Below are positions 41,694 to 51,465 of a stretch of 64,000 bases of DNA, piece by piece. Positions within the stretch are counted from its first letter, which is position 1. The number at the start of each line of letters is the position of its first letter. The position numbers and the translations under genes were made by a program. The DNA lies in the NCBI GenBank assembly GCA_963729625.1, contig CAVSOU010000007.1:256001-320000 (forward strand), given 5' to 3'. Below the pieces are notes generated by a model, which saw only the letters and a list, made by a program, of their open reading frames with translations, was not told the origin of the DNA and searched no databases. The stretch is from an uncultured bacterium. Lineage in GTDB: Bacteria > Chloroflexota > UBA5177 > JANWHV01.

Positions 41694-42509
41694 ATGCCAG
41701 GCGAAATCGATGACCCGTATCGAGTTCTCGGCCTTTCGCGCACGGCAACGCCCGATGAGCTCAAGCGGGCTTATCGCCGTCTCGTTAAGGCATGGCATCC
41801 TGATCGTCACGCAAGTAGCCCCGACACGCAGCGCCGGGAAGCCGATCGCCGCTTCAAGCTAATCAACGCGGCCTATGTGGCTGTCGGGGAGATACTGCGC
41901 GAAAAGGCTCTTGTCGAGACTGCGGCCAGCCAAGAGGTGGCGGACCGATCGGATGTTCGGATCGAGGCTATCCGGTCGGTCGTAGCCAGCGCCGCGCTCC
42001 GCATTATCCCTAACGTGCCGCGACATACGTACCGTCGCATTGTCAGCGCTGTCGAAGCCCTGCTCATCGACACACTTGCAGTCGGTGACCGTGCGTTCGC
42101 CCAGGGTTTCGATCTCGCGGTTGCTGAGGCCATGGACTTCGTGGCGCTCGGCAGGCCTTCTCGCGACGAGGTGCTTCGCGTGCTCGACGCAGCCGCGGAC
42201 GACCTGCAGTGGCGGGGGAAAGGCGCCGACCCACAGACATGGCAGAGGTTGCTCCGGCCTCTCGAAGCGGCAATGCGGCCGCAAGCGTCTCGCTCCACGG
42301 ACGCTCAGGCGCCTGTCCCGACCGCATCGCCACCCGCGCATCTGGTTCGATCTGAGCCACAGCTACGAACGGCGCAGGCCGGACTGCTGGTCCTCTTCAT
42401 TCTGTGCATGATACCAGCGCTGCCACTGGGTGGACTGGAGCGCGGCATCGCGCTTGTTGTGGATCTTATCGCGCTTGGGTACGTCACCTTCGGCGTGAGT
42501 GTACCGTGA
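41694..42509 (+). CDS. J-domain protein with two C-terminal TM helices
   Basis: DPYRVLGL...LKRAYRRLVKAWHPDRH...FKLINAAY; hydrophobic C-terminus. Confidence 0.8.
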   Translation: MPGEIDDPYRVLGLSRTATPDELKRAYRRLVKAWHPDRHASSPDTQRREADRRFKLINAAYVAVGEILREKALVETAASQEVADRSDVRIEAIRSVVASAALRIIPNVPRHTYRRIVSAVEALLIDTLAVGDRAFAQGFDLAVAEAMDFVALGRPSRDEVLRVLDAAADDLQWRGKGADPQTWQRLLRPLEAAMRPQASRSTDAQAPVPTASPPAHLVRSEPQLRTAQAGLLVLFILCMIPALPLGGLERGIALVVDLIALGYVTFGVSVP

Positions 42510-42563
42510 GCCAGTGCAACGTATGCGTCGATGCGCATGGCAACGGACCGGAACGACGAAGAC

Positions 42564-43562
42564 TCAGTCCAGGGAGGCGGCGGCTAGCGTAGACGCGCGC
42601 TGTTCCAGCAGCCCACTCGCGAGCTCAGCCGCACCTCGAAGATCATCGCCGAGATAGGTAGCAATGCCCTCGAGAGGATCGCGCAACTGGTGATCCGTTT
42701 TGAAGGGCAAGCCGCCGTAGGTCAGTATGACGGAGCCCGCTTCCGGCAAACAGCGTACCTGCAAGAGCACGTCGACCAGTCCCGACACTGAGCCTGCAAC
42801 ACTAGCTGACAGGCACACCAGCTGAGGACGCTTTCGCACGATAGCATCGGAAAGATCATCGAACGGCATGCCGGTGCCAAGGAACACAACGTGCCAACCG
42901 CGCCTCCGCAGCAGCATTGTCAGCGCGAGCGGCGGAATCTCGTGCTGGTCGTCAGGCGCCGCTCCCACCAGCGCAACTATTCTCGGGTCACTCTTGGTCG
43001 CGCTTTCAAGCAACGAAACGAGCCATGCCCGGATCATACCGCTGGCAAAGTGTTCGGCCGCGACCGACGCCCGCCCCTCTTCCCAAGCGGTGCCGATCTC
43101 GGCGAGTGCAGGCAGCAACACATCCACGAGGGCCACTTCCGGGCCTAGTAGTTGCGTCACCTCGGCAAGAATGCGCCCAGCGCTATCCTCATTCAGTTCG
43201 GTGAAGGCCCGGACGAGCGCCCCACAGAGCTCACAGCCACGGTCTGGCGCGGGCGGCGACTCGACCTCGACGGCAGCCTGAGCTTCCATGTCTTCGGCCA
43301 TCACGTACGCACATGCTCTGCCTGGTGTGAGACCGCTCATGGTCAACTCTTGGACGCGCCGGATCGTAGCGATGTCGCTCGCATCGTAGAGGCGATGCGT
43401 GCCCGCCGAACGCGACGGCCGCGGCACTCCGTACCGCCGCTCCCACGCCCGCAGCGTATGCACGTTGATTCCCGTCATCTTGGATACTACCCGGATAGGG
43501 TACAAGCCAAGCTTACCGTAACCGTCTATGCAACCGTCGGCCAGAGTACGCTCGTTTACCAT
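42564..43562 (-). CDS. MerR-family regulator with cobalamin-binding domain (CarH/LitR-like)
   Basis: TLRAWERRYG HTH, W-x9-EH (WEEGRASVAAEH), DQHEI. Confidence 0.85.
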   Translation of the reverse strand: MVNERTLADGCIDGYGKLGLYPIRVVSKMTGINVHTLRAWERRYGVPRPSRSAGTHRLYDASDIATIRRVQELTMSGLTPGRACAYVMAEDMEAQAAVEVESPPAPDRGCELCGALVRAFTELNEDSAGRILAEVTQLLGPEVALVDVLLPALAEIGTAWEEGRASVAAEHFASGMIRAWLVSLLESATKSDPRIVALVGAAPDDQHEIPPLALTMLLRRRGWHVVFLGTGMPFDDLSDAIVRKRPQLVCLSASVAGSVSGLVDVLLQVRCLPEAGSVILTYGGLPFKTDHQLRDPLEGIATYLGDDLRGAAELASGLLEQRASTLAAASLD

Positions 43563-43685
43563 GCTGTTAAACAGATACCTGAGGGACGATCGTGAGTCAA
43601 CCTTGTGGCGTTCGGCAGAGGCAGCACGTCGCATCCAGGACAAGATCGTGCGGGTGCCGCTTGGCAACAGCGGCTCAGTCGAGCG

Positions 43686-44879
43686 CTACCCGAGCGTCGT
43701 TAGCGCGGCTTCGAGCGCCTTCGAGTCCTGCGCACGGCTATCCTCGTCGGAATCCTCCGCGAGGACGACCAGGTTGTCTCGATGGATGACTTCGTCCCCA
43801 TTATGGCGGCCGAGTATCGCTTGGATACATTCTGAATGGTTGCCTCTGATCTTGTGAGCGTCAAGCGACGAGTAGTTCGTCAAGCCGTAGGCAACCGTCT
43901 GCCCCTGTCGATCTCGTACTGCCACCGGATCGCCCTGGTCGAACTTTCCCAGCACCTGTGTCACGCCGATTGGCAGAAGGCTCCGTCCCAGGTATCGCAG
44001 AGCTCGCGATGCACCGTCGTCTACTACGACCGCACCTTTTCCACCCAGGTGGGCGCGCAGCCATCGCCGTCTCGCGTCCAGCCGATCAGCACTTGCCTGA
44101 AAGTACGTACCGATCTCTCGGGCAATCGCCCGCTGGATGGCTTGGACTTCTCTACCGTCGGCAATGACCGTGGGAATTCCGGCCGACGTTGCAAGGCGAG
44201 CAGCGCGCAGCTTGGTCACCATGCCACCGGTGCCGTGCCGCGAGCCGCTGCCACCGGCTTGGCGCTCCAGACGGGTCGTGAGGATGGGCACCTCGCGGAC
44301 CAGGGTCGCAGTGGGATCGCGTCTCGGGTCGGCGGTGTAAAGGCCGGCTATGTCGGTGAGTATCAGCAGAAGCTCCGCATCCACCAATCCAGCAACCACC
44401 GCGGAGAGCGTATCGTTGTCGCCGAATCTGAGTTCATCGGTAGCCACCACATCATTCTCGTTGATGATCGGTACAACGCGATTTCGGAGCAGTCCAAGGA
44501 GGGTGCTTCGGGCATTCAGGTATCCGTGGCGCCTACCCAGGTCCCCAGGAGACAGAAGAGCCTGTGCCACGGGAATGCGGTGATCGTTGAAAAATCGGTC
44601 GTACAGCTGCATGAGCCGGACCTGACCTATGGCCGCCAGCATCTGCCTCGCCGGAAGGTCGGGCCGATGGCGCAGGTCGGGGAATCTGGCCCGCGCCGCA
44701 GCTACGGCTCCAGACGAGACCACGACCACCTCGCTACCGGATCGATGCAGCTCAGCAAGCTGTTCCACGAGCTGGCGCATCGCTGAATGCACCAGCTCGC
44801 CCCGTTCGTTCGCCAGCAGGTTGCTGCCAAGCTTGACGACGAGGCGCTGGACGTTAATGTCCGATGCCACCGCGAGCAA
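43686..44879 (-). CDS. proB: Glutamate 5-kinase
   Basis: VKLGSN, VSSGAV, NENDVV, FGDNDTLS, GTGGMVTKL, PUA domain, EVIHRDNLV. Confidence 0.96.
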   Translation of the reverse strand: MLAVASDINVQRLVVKLGSNLLANERGELVHSAMRQLVEQLAELHRSGSEVVVVSSGAVAAARARFPDLRHRPDLPARQMLAAIGQVRLMQLYDRFFNDHRIPVAQALLSPGDLGRRHGYLNARSTLLGLLRNRVVPIINENDVVATDELRFGDNDTLSAVVAGLVDAELLLILTDIAGLYTADPRRDPTATLVREVPILTTRLERQAGGSGSRHGTGGMVTKLRAARLATSAGIPTVIADGREVQAIQRAIAREIGTYFQASADRLDARRRWLRAHLGGKGAVVVDDGASRALRYLGRSLLPIGVTQVLGKFDQGDPVAVRDRQGQTVAYGLTNYSSLDAHKIRGNHSECIQAILGRHNGDEVIHRDNLVVLAEDSDEDSRAQDSKALEAALTTLG

Positions 44880-44912
44880 CCTTTAGCAAGACTCGCGCAA
44901 CCAAACCAATCA

Positions 44913-46445
44913 CTATGAGATTCCAGGCCACATTGAAAGGTACGTCCAACATGCCGACCCAGCGAACAGAGCCAGGGCTAGAATACCCACGGTGAAGCAT
45001 AGCACGGCGACGTTGCCAAGCGGAACAAAGAACCGCTGCAGCGTCAGAGTATCCTGGTCGCGCACCGTCAGACTGACGGGCACGCTCCAGGTATTGCCGC
45101 CACCATGGACGCGCACCGCACCGTGATGGACCCCCGGCGGCGGGCTCTGCCACATCAGGCCAACGGTAAGGTCGAGCCTATCTCGCGGCTCTAGCCAGGC
45201 TGCCGGCCGATCCGGCCGAAGCCAGGGTACGTCGGCATCGAACGTGCAAAGCAGGCGCGTGGTGGTCCGGTTCTTTATGCGAACCGTGCGCCGATCGATG
45301 CTCGTGCGCACGACGTTATTCGAGCAGGCAATCACCAGGTCGCTTGGTCGCAGTCTGATGCTTCGATAGCCAACATGCACTGCGCTGCCGTCCGCCGAAT
45401 TCACGACCGCAGGCATCTGGCCCCTGAACGCGTGTCCAGCCATCACACCTGAACCGGTATGTGACCGCGCAAGCGAACCGGAGATGGTCAGCGGCGACGT
45501 ATCGGCAATTGGGGTCGCGTGGAGCACTCGACGCATGTCGGCGGCAGTGCCATGGCGACCTCGTGGGTCCAGCACCAGCGACCGGTCGATGGCGGATGCG
45601 ACCATAGGACTGATAGCAGGCGCGAGCGTACCCACTGGAGGAAAGTCGAAGGGGCGGTTCTTTCGCGGATCGCGACCGGTAAGCAAGTGGTGCATCGTGG
45701 CGCCCAGGGCGTACAAGTCGCTCGCCGGCTCGGCGAGACCCTGGTACTGCTCAGGAGGAGCGTAACCGGGAGTACCTATTGCCGTCCCTTGCGATTGCTG
45801 AGTGAATACGCGCGCGATACCAAAGTCAATAAGCCGGACCTGTCCCTGAGGCGTGAGCATAAGGTTCGCCGGTTTGAGGTCGCGAAAGATCAGCGGATCG
45901 GTTCGACCATGCAAGTAGCTCAGCACCTCGAGCACCTGATCCGCCCATCCGACGACCTGGCGTTCGGGCAGGCCGGGAGTGCCTTCATCCAGCATGACCT
46001 GTTCGAGTGAGCGTCCTTCGACGTAGTCCATCACCAGGTAGTGCCGCATACCTTCGCTAAAGGTATCGTGTATCTGCGGAATCGCCGGGTGCTGCAGGCT
46101 CATGAGAGTCTCGCCCTCGCGCTGAAACCACGTCTCTGCCTCGACGCGCTCCCGCGGCGTGCCCCAGTTCTGAAGAAGCTCCTTGAGCGCTCGCGGGCGT
46201 CCGCCGATCCGCATATCCTCGGCACGGTACACCGCGCCCATCGACCCGGCTGCAAGGGCTTCGACAATGCGATAGCGGCCACTGAGCACGGTCCCTGGCG
46301 GTAGGGGCACGAAACTTGGCGCGAGTGTCGCGCCTGGGGCCGGCGGCGGAACAGGTTGCTCGCGCACGAGGCGCATGCCGCAGTTGCCGCAAAACATCGC
46401 GGTAGCGGCCACGCTGCCACAGGAGGGGCACCGAATAGTGCTCAT
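44913..46445 (-). CDS. Hanks-type Ser/Thr kinase with zinc ribbon, Ig-like domain and C-terminal TM
   Basis: CPSCG..FCGNCG, GSMGAVY, RALKE, FRDLKPAN, DFG, GTPGYAPPE. Confidence 0.9.
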   Translation of the reverse strand: MSTIRCPSCGSVAATAMFCGNCGMRLVREQPVPPPAPGATLAPSFVPLPPGTVLSGRYRIVEALAAGSMGAVYRAEDMRIGGRPRALKELLQNWGTPRERVEAETWFQREGETLMSLQHPAIPQIHDTFSEGMRHYLVMDYVEGRSLEQVMLDEGTPGLPERQVVGWADQVLEVLSYLHGRTDPLIFRDLKPANLMLTPQGQVRLIDFGIARVFTQQSQGTAIGTPGYAPPEQYQGLAEPASDLYALGATMHHLLTGRDPRKNRPFDFPPVGTLAPAISPMVASAIDRSLVLDPRGRHGTAADMRRVLHATPIADTSPLTISGSLARSHTGSGVMAGHAFRGQMPAVVNSADGSAVHVGYRSIRLRPSDLVIACSNNVVRTSIDRRTVRIKNRTTTRLLCTFDADVPWLRPDRPAAWLEPRDRLDLTVGLMWQSPPPGVHHGAVRVHGGGNTWSVPVSLTVRDQDTLTLQRFFVPLGNVAVLCFTVGILALALFAGSACWTYLSMWPGIS

Positions 46446-46595
46446 GTGACCGCCCTAGCCCAAGCACACCCGGTAACTGGAGTTACGCACATACCAAAGT
46501 AGCCCCACCAGTCCGTCAGATACCGTTTCCGATGAAATGCAGCCCAGGGCGCCCCGCGTCATTACCTGTCTGGTCTGTGCGATATGCTACGAATA

Positions 46596-46810
46596 CCCTG
46601 ATTGCTTCTCCTGTTCTCTGATGGTACGACATCCACGCCTTCGTGCGAAGTACCCTCTAACCTCCCGTTACGGACGTCTTGCCTTGAGCGCGCGACTGAT
46701 ACAGACATGAACCTGCCGTCCACTTGGCGGCACGGAGACGCGTGGCCCGGTCGCCCGGTCCTTCGGCAGACGCGGATCCGTACGACGCCGTATGCTAGCA
46801 TGATCAGGGA
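46596..46810 (+). ncRNA. Candidate 6S-like structured RNA
   Basis: Possible -10 TATGCT at 46583; pairings tctcc/ggaga, tgtt/ggca, gatggta/tgccgtc and tcgtgcg/cgcgcga around a central bubble containing TGAACC; G-U pairs favour the + strand. Confidence 0.4.
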
Positions 46811-46918
46811 AGCGTTGCACGGGGCCGCCTGTAGTCTGGGCGCGGCGCCACAAGCTGGGCTTCAGGTCCATGTGCAGGCATGCGCGTCACCTGAAACGGT
46901 CATCGTACGTTCACACTG

Positions 46919-47857
46919 ATGGTTCCCGGTTACTCGCGTGGTGCTTTCGCGCCACGCAGCGAGGAGAACGAATTGCGGCGATCCGCCTCAACGCTCCTGG
47001 CGGCAATCGCCGCTGCGTCCGTCATTGCCTGCTCCGCGCTACCCGGCCGATGGGTACGCGGAGCCGACGCGGCGAACGACGGCGTGCCGGTCTACGGCGC
47101 GATCGGCGAGCCGCTCAAGCTGCCGGTAGTCTTGCCGAATCGTGTGCTCGGCATCCCCATCTTGATGTATCACCATGTGAGCTCTGCTCCCGCGGCTACG
47201 GCACTCAATTATGGGCTGACGGTCACCGACGGAGATTTTGAGGCGCAGCTGGCGTATCTCCGCGCTCATGGGTTCCACACCATTTCGTTGGCTCAAGTGT
47301 TTGGCGCGCTCTATCGCGACCAGCGCCTCCCGAGCAGGCCGATCGTGCTTTCGTTTGACGATGGCTATCGCGATAACTACACGGATGCGTTGCCCCTAAT
47401 GCAGAAGTTTGGCGCCCGCGGGGAGTTCAACATCATCAGCAGCTACGTCGGGCTGACGCTCGGCGTGAACAGCTACATGGATTGGAGCCAGCTCAAAGCA
47501 CTTGTCGCCGCCGGGATGGAGATCGGCTCCCATACGGTCGACCATCAAGATCTCGGTCTGCTGCCGATCGTCAAGGTCCGGTTTGAGCTTCGCGACTCCC
47601 GCAATGTCCTGCAGCAGATGTTGTCAGTGCCTGTACAGTTCCTTGCGTACCCGTCCGGCCAGCCGTTCGCACGTGGCGATCGCGCTCAAGAACAGGTTGT
47701 GCTGTCCCTCCTGCCTCAATACGGCTACGTTGGGGCACTCCTGGACGGGCCGCTAGACACAGGCAGACAGGACGCGCGCCAGCCTTTCCAACTCCAGCGA
47801 ATCAGAGTAGCGGGTGGCGAGGGCCTCGCCGCTTTCGTCGCCTCCTTGCGGAGCTAG
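46919..47857 (+). CDS. Secreted polysaccharide deacetylase (CE4/NodB)
   Basis: Signal-like N-terminus, PILMYHH, LSFDDGYRDNY, IGSHTVDH, LAYPSG; start may be TTG near 46973. Confidence 0.88.
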   Translation: MVPGYSRGAFAPRSEENELRRSASTLLAAIAAASVIACSALPGRWVRGADAANDGVPVYGAIGEPLKLPVVLPNRVLGIPILMYHHVSSAPAATALNYGLTVTDGDFEAQLAYLRAHGFHTISLAQVFGALYRDQRLPSRPIVLSFDDGYRDNYTDALPLMQKFGARGEFNIISSYVGLTLGVNSYMDWSQLKALVAAGMEIGSHTVDHQDLGLLPIVKVRFELRDSRNVLQQMLSVPVQFLAYPSGQPFARGDRAQEQVVLSLLPQYGYVGALLDGPLDTGRQDARQPFQLQRIRVAGGEGLAAFVASLRS

Positions 47858-47896
47858 CGACAAGCTGCCGCGGGATTTCCAGGTTATCAGCAAGAA

Positions 47897-50350
47897 TTAC
47901 GCCCGCTGGGCCGGCTCGAGCACGAGTCGTCCTCCCAGTTCACGCCGCACGTCCCCAGGAGCAAGCGACATTGGGTGGTATCGACCTGCCTTCCACGCCA
48001 CGAGCATATCGTCGTAGTGCTCGCTTGCTACGTGCCCAGATTGCCCGGTTGCGTGCATCGAGATGCACCGCGGAAGGTCGCCCATGTCGACGATCTGCCT
48101 GTACGATGAGGCCCAGCCGTTGCTGTCGAACGGGCTGTGCAGGGGAAGACACGCGGCCGCGACCGTGTTGTCGTCCCCTCCCATCTCCACGGGACCCAGA
48201 TTAAGCCAGCGAGCGAGCAGCGGCCGTGTGCCGAGTACATGGGCGAAACCTAGCTGATTGAGGCGTCCCCATCGCCAGCCGGATATGTCCGGTCCCAAGC
48301 GCCTGGTCAGGAATGCAAGCGTACCGGTAAAAGATCGACGGATGACGGCGTCCCATGAGCAATCTTGCGCGCCAAGTCGTTTGAACCAGCCGTCTTCGTG
48401 TCTTCGCGCCAGGTCATAGACGAATGGGATCGCTCTCGTGAAGAACCCGTTGCGGGGGGTTTGCGGTGATGACCCCGAGCCAAGATAGGTTTCAGTAAGG
48501 TCGCCAAGTACAGGCTCGAACACCGCCCGCAGCAGGTGATGCTGAAACGCGAGTGCAATACACCCTCCAACGGAGTCGGCAGTGAGATAGCCGTCCCATT
48601 CTCGTACCCTGGCAAGCGCACTGATTTCCAGGACAGTGCCTGGAGTTATGGCTCCAAGAAGTTCGGTCGCGTCCCGACCGGGCAATGAATAGAGGTCGAG
48701 CTGGATCTGCTGGAAATCTTCCACCGTCAGGCCGGTCCGGCTGCCGAGCAAATCGGTGATGCGCCGGGCCCGATAGCCGGGTAGCCACTCGTAACCGAGG
48801 TGGTATGGATAATTGGCCCCGACCAGGCGGTTGTTGGCGGTGACTACCTGGTGGGTATTGGGATTATGCGAATGCGGCAGGGTGTCGAATGGCACGTACC
48901 CCGTCCATTCGTATTCGCCGGTCCAGCCCGGCACCGGAAGCGTCCCATCACCCTTAGATCGAATTGGAACAGTGCCCGCGGCATGGTAACCGATATCACC
49001 GTCGACGTGCGCGCAGATGAAGTTCATGCACGGAGCGGTCCACAGGCGTAGGGCGTCTACGAAGGCGTTCCAGGTCTCGGCCCGGTTTATAGCAAGCGCT
49101 GCATCCGCGACGTTCCCTGGCTCAAGCGCTGTCCAGCGCAGCGCTATACCGCGGTGGCCAGGGTCGATCACAGGACTAATGATCGGACCGTGGTGCGTGA
49201 CAAGCACGTTCTCGACAACTGGGAACGACCTCCCCTGCACCTCGATTCTCTCGCGGACTACTGTTCCATCGCGCCAGCCGCCCTCGAAAAGGTATTGTCC
49301 AGCGTGGTCCGGGTTGACCTGCTCGATAACAAGATCCTGGGTGTCGATGAATGACGCCGTGATACCCCAGCTGATGTGTTCATTGTGGCCGATGAGCACG
49401 CCAGGCGTACCAGCGAGTCCGGCACCTGTGACAACCATGCCCGGACCGGTCAGCTCGACCTCATACCAGACTGAGGGCACTTGAATGCCGAGATGCGGAT
49501 CGTTCGCTAGCATCGGCTTGCCGGAGGCAGTCCTGGTACCGTCGACCACCCAACTATTACTGAATCCGCCAAGACCGATACCGGTGCCGGCTAGAAACGG
49601 CTCCAGCTCGGCATAGGCGTCAAACAGTCCCGAGGTTAGCAACGGCGATGCGAGCTCCCCAGGAACCACCAGCGGATGCTTCGTGCCAGCCCATGGTTCC
49701 AGAGCCGCGGCTCGCACCGGCCCAACCTTTTCCACGAGTGACGCACGCACTACTTCGCTGGTCCAGTTTGAGCTGAGGCCGAAGGCCAGCACCTTTCCGA
49801 TCACCAGCGTGTCGACGACGTCCCAGGGCTCGGGTCGCCAGCGGAACAGTGCAGGCCGCAGGAGGCGTAACAGCTCAAACTCGACAGGCGACTTTCCTCG
49901 AGCATGCGACATGTGGAAATTTACCCCGCGCGTGTAGGCTTCAAGTGCGCCGCGGACGGCTGGCGCGAGAAGCGCGACCTCACGCTCGGCCACGCGACGC
50001 AACCCGATGCGACGCATGAACCTGTCGGCCCGGACCGTGGTCTCTCCAAATAGCTCGGAGAGCCTCCCCGAGCCGACGCGACGAAAGAGCTCCATCTGCC
50101 ACAAGCGGTCCTGGGCATGCACGAATCCATTTCCGAAAATGAGGTCATCCGCCTGCGATGCGACGATATGTGGAATGCCCCAAGCGTCGCGATCGATCGT
50201 GACGACACTTTGTAGGCCCGGTACAGAGACCGTACCCGCGGTGTCGGGCAGGGAGCCGGCAACCATTCGCTTGATACCTGCCGTGCCTAAGCCTGCCACC
50301 GTCGCCGCCGTGACAGCCACGGAACCCGCTGCTCGCACCCACGATGCCAT
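47897..50350 (-). CDS. Penicillin acylase family Ntn-hydrolase
   Basis: RDAWGIPHI, AQDRLWQM, beta-chain SNSWVV, LANDPHL, TGQSGH. Confidence 0.92.
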   Translation of the reverse strand: MASWVRAAGSVAVTAATVAGLGTAGIKRMVAGSLPDTAGTVSVPGLQSVVTIDRDAWGIPHIVASQADDLIFGNGFVHAQDRLWQMELFRRVGSGRLSELFGETTVRADRFMRRIGLRRVAEREVALLAPAVRGALEAYTRGVNFHMSHARGKSPVEFELLRLLRPALFRWRPEPWDVVDTLVIGKVLAFGLSSNWTSEVVRASLVEKVGPVRAAALEPWAGTKHPLVVPGELASPLLTSGLFDAYAELEPFLAGTGIGLGGFSNSWVVDGTRTASGKPMLANDPHLGIQVPSVWYEVELTGPGMVVTGAGLAGTPGVLIGHNEHISWGITASFIDTQDLVIEQVNPDHAGQYLFEGGWRDGTVVRERIEVQGRSFPVVENVLVTHHGPIISPVIDPGHRGIALRWTALEPGNVADAALAINRAETWNAFVDALRLWTAPCMNFICAHVDGDIGYHAAGTVPIRSKGDGTLPVPGWTGEYEWTGYVPFDTLPHSHNPNTHQVVTANNRLVGANYPYHLGYEWLPGYRARRITDLLGSRTGLTVEDFQQIQLDLYSLPGRDATELLGAITPGTVLEISALARVREWDGYLTADSVGGCIALAFQHHLLRAVFEPVLGDLTETYLGSGSSPQTPRNGFFTRAIPFVYDLARRHEDGWFKRLGAQDCSWDAVIRRSFTGTLAFLTRRLGPDISGWRWGRLNQLGFAHVLGTRPLLARWLNLGPVEMGGDDNTVAAACLPLHSPFDSNGWASSYRQIVDMGDLPRCISMHATGQSGHVASEHYDDMLVAWKAGRYHPMSLAPGDVRRELGGRLVLEPAQRA

Positions 50351-50438
50351 GTGGACCTCCTTCTTCCCTTCCACGCTAATCGTTCATCCTGCCGTCAGTC
50401 AAGAGAGACACGCCACAAGGCTGTGTTACACTGAAGAT

Positions 50439-51173
50439 GTGAGCACAGTCACCACGACCGTCCCGATTCGAGAACGGCTCGATGCGGTTCAGCGGCGAAT
50501 CGATCGCGCGGCAAGTATCGCGGGCCGTAGTTCCGCCGGAGTGACGCTGATTGCGGTGACCAAGACGGTCGCTCTTGAAGGAGTCCGCGAAGCAATCCTG
50601 GCTGGAGTACACGACTTCGGGGAGAATCGAGTACAGGACCTGGTGCATCGGATGGCTGGCGCGCAGGACCTCGGGCCCTGCCGGTGGCATCTCATCGGGC
50701 ATCTGCAGCGTAACAAGGCAAAGAAGGCAGTACGCGTGGGCAGCATCATTCACTCGGTCGACTCGTTGGAACTGGCCCGCCTGGTCGGTTCGGAGGCAGC
50801 GCTCGTAGGGCGAACCGTCGACGTGTTCGCTCAGATAAACATCAGCGGTGAGCGGTCGAAGTTCGGGTTCAGTTCGAGTGAACTGATCGAGCACGCGGGC
50901 GATCTGGCGATGATTCCTTTCCTGCGCTGGCGAGGCCTGATGACGATCGCGCCGGAGCGTGCCGAGCAGCGCGAACTGCATTCGATGTTCGCGGACCTGC
51001 GTGTACTGCGGAACACATTGACAACGAAGTTCGACCCCGCGACATGGGACTCGCTGTCAATGGGCATGAGCAACGATTTCGAGATCGCCGTCGAAGAGGG
51101 CGCAACACACGTACGAGTCGGACGCGCGATCTTCGGCGACCGGCCCGCAGTACCGACTGGCGGATACCTATGA
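50439..51173 (+). CDS. yggS: PLP homeostasis protein YggS
   Basis: LIAVTK, FGENRVQ, WHLIGHLQRNK, LSMGMSNDF, VRVGRAIFG. Confidence 0.93.
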   Translation: MSTVTTTVPIRERLDAVQRRIDRAASIAGRSSAGVTLIAVTKTVALEGVREAILAGVHDFGENRVQDLVHRMAGAQDLGPCRWHLIGHLQRNKAKKAVRVGSIIHSVDSLELARLVGSEAALVGRTVDVFAQINISGERSKFGFSSSELIEHAGDLAMIPFLRWRGLMTIAPERAEQRELHSMFADLRVLRNTLTTKFDPATWDSLSMGMSNDFEIAVEEGATHVRVGRAIFGDRPAVPTGGYL

Positions 51174-51445
51174 GCACCGTAACTATCGGGCAGTTCATTG
51201 GGCAGTTTGTTCTCGTCACAAGCCAGATCCTGTTTTGGGCCATTCTTCTTCGAGCGTGCCTGAGCTGGTTTGCCGTGGACACGCGCGCGTCGGGTGCGGG
51301 CCGCTTGCTGGACGATGTCACCGAGCCGATTATGGCTCCCCTGCGGCGCATTATTCCGCCCATAGGCAGTATCGACGTGTCGCCGCTGGTCGCGATGCTG
51401 CTGATCCAATTTGCCGGGAACATCATCGCCGGCCAGCTTCATTAA
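51170..51445 (+). CDS. yggT: YggT family membrane protein
   Basis: LSWF...VTEPIMAPLRRIIP..GSIDVSPLV. Confidence 0.9.
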   Translation: MSTVTIGQFIGQFVLVTSQILFWAILLRACLSWFAVDTRASGAGRLLDDVTEPIMAPLRRIIPPIGSIDVSPLVAMLLIQFAGNIIAGQLH

Positions 51446-51465
51446 CTCCTGTCAGGGTGTCATTT

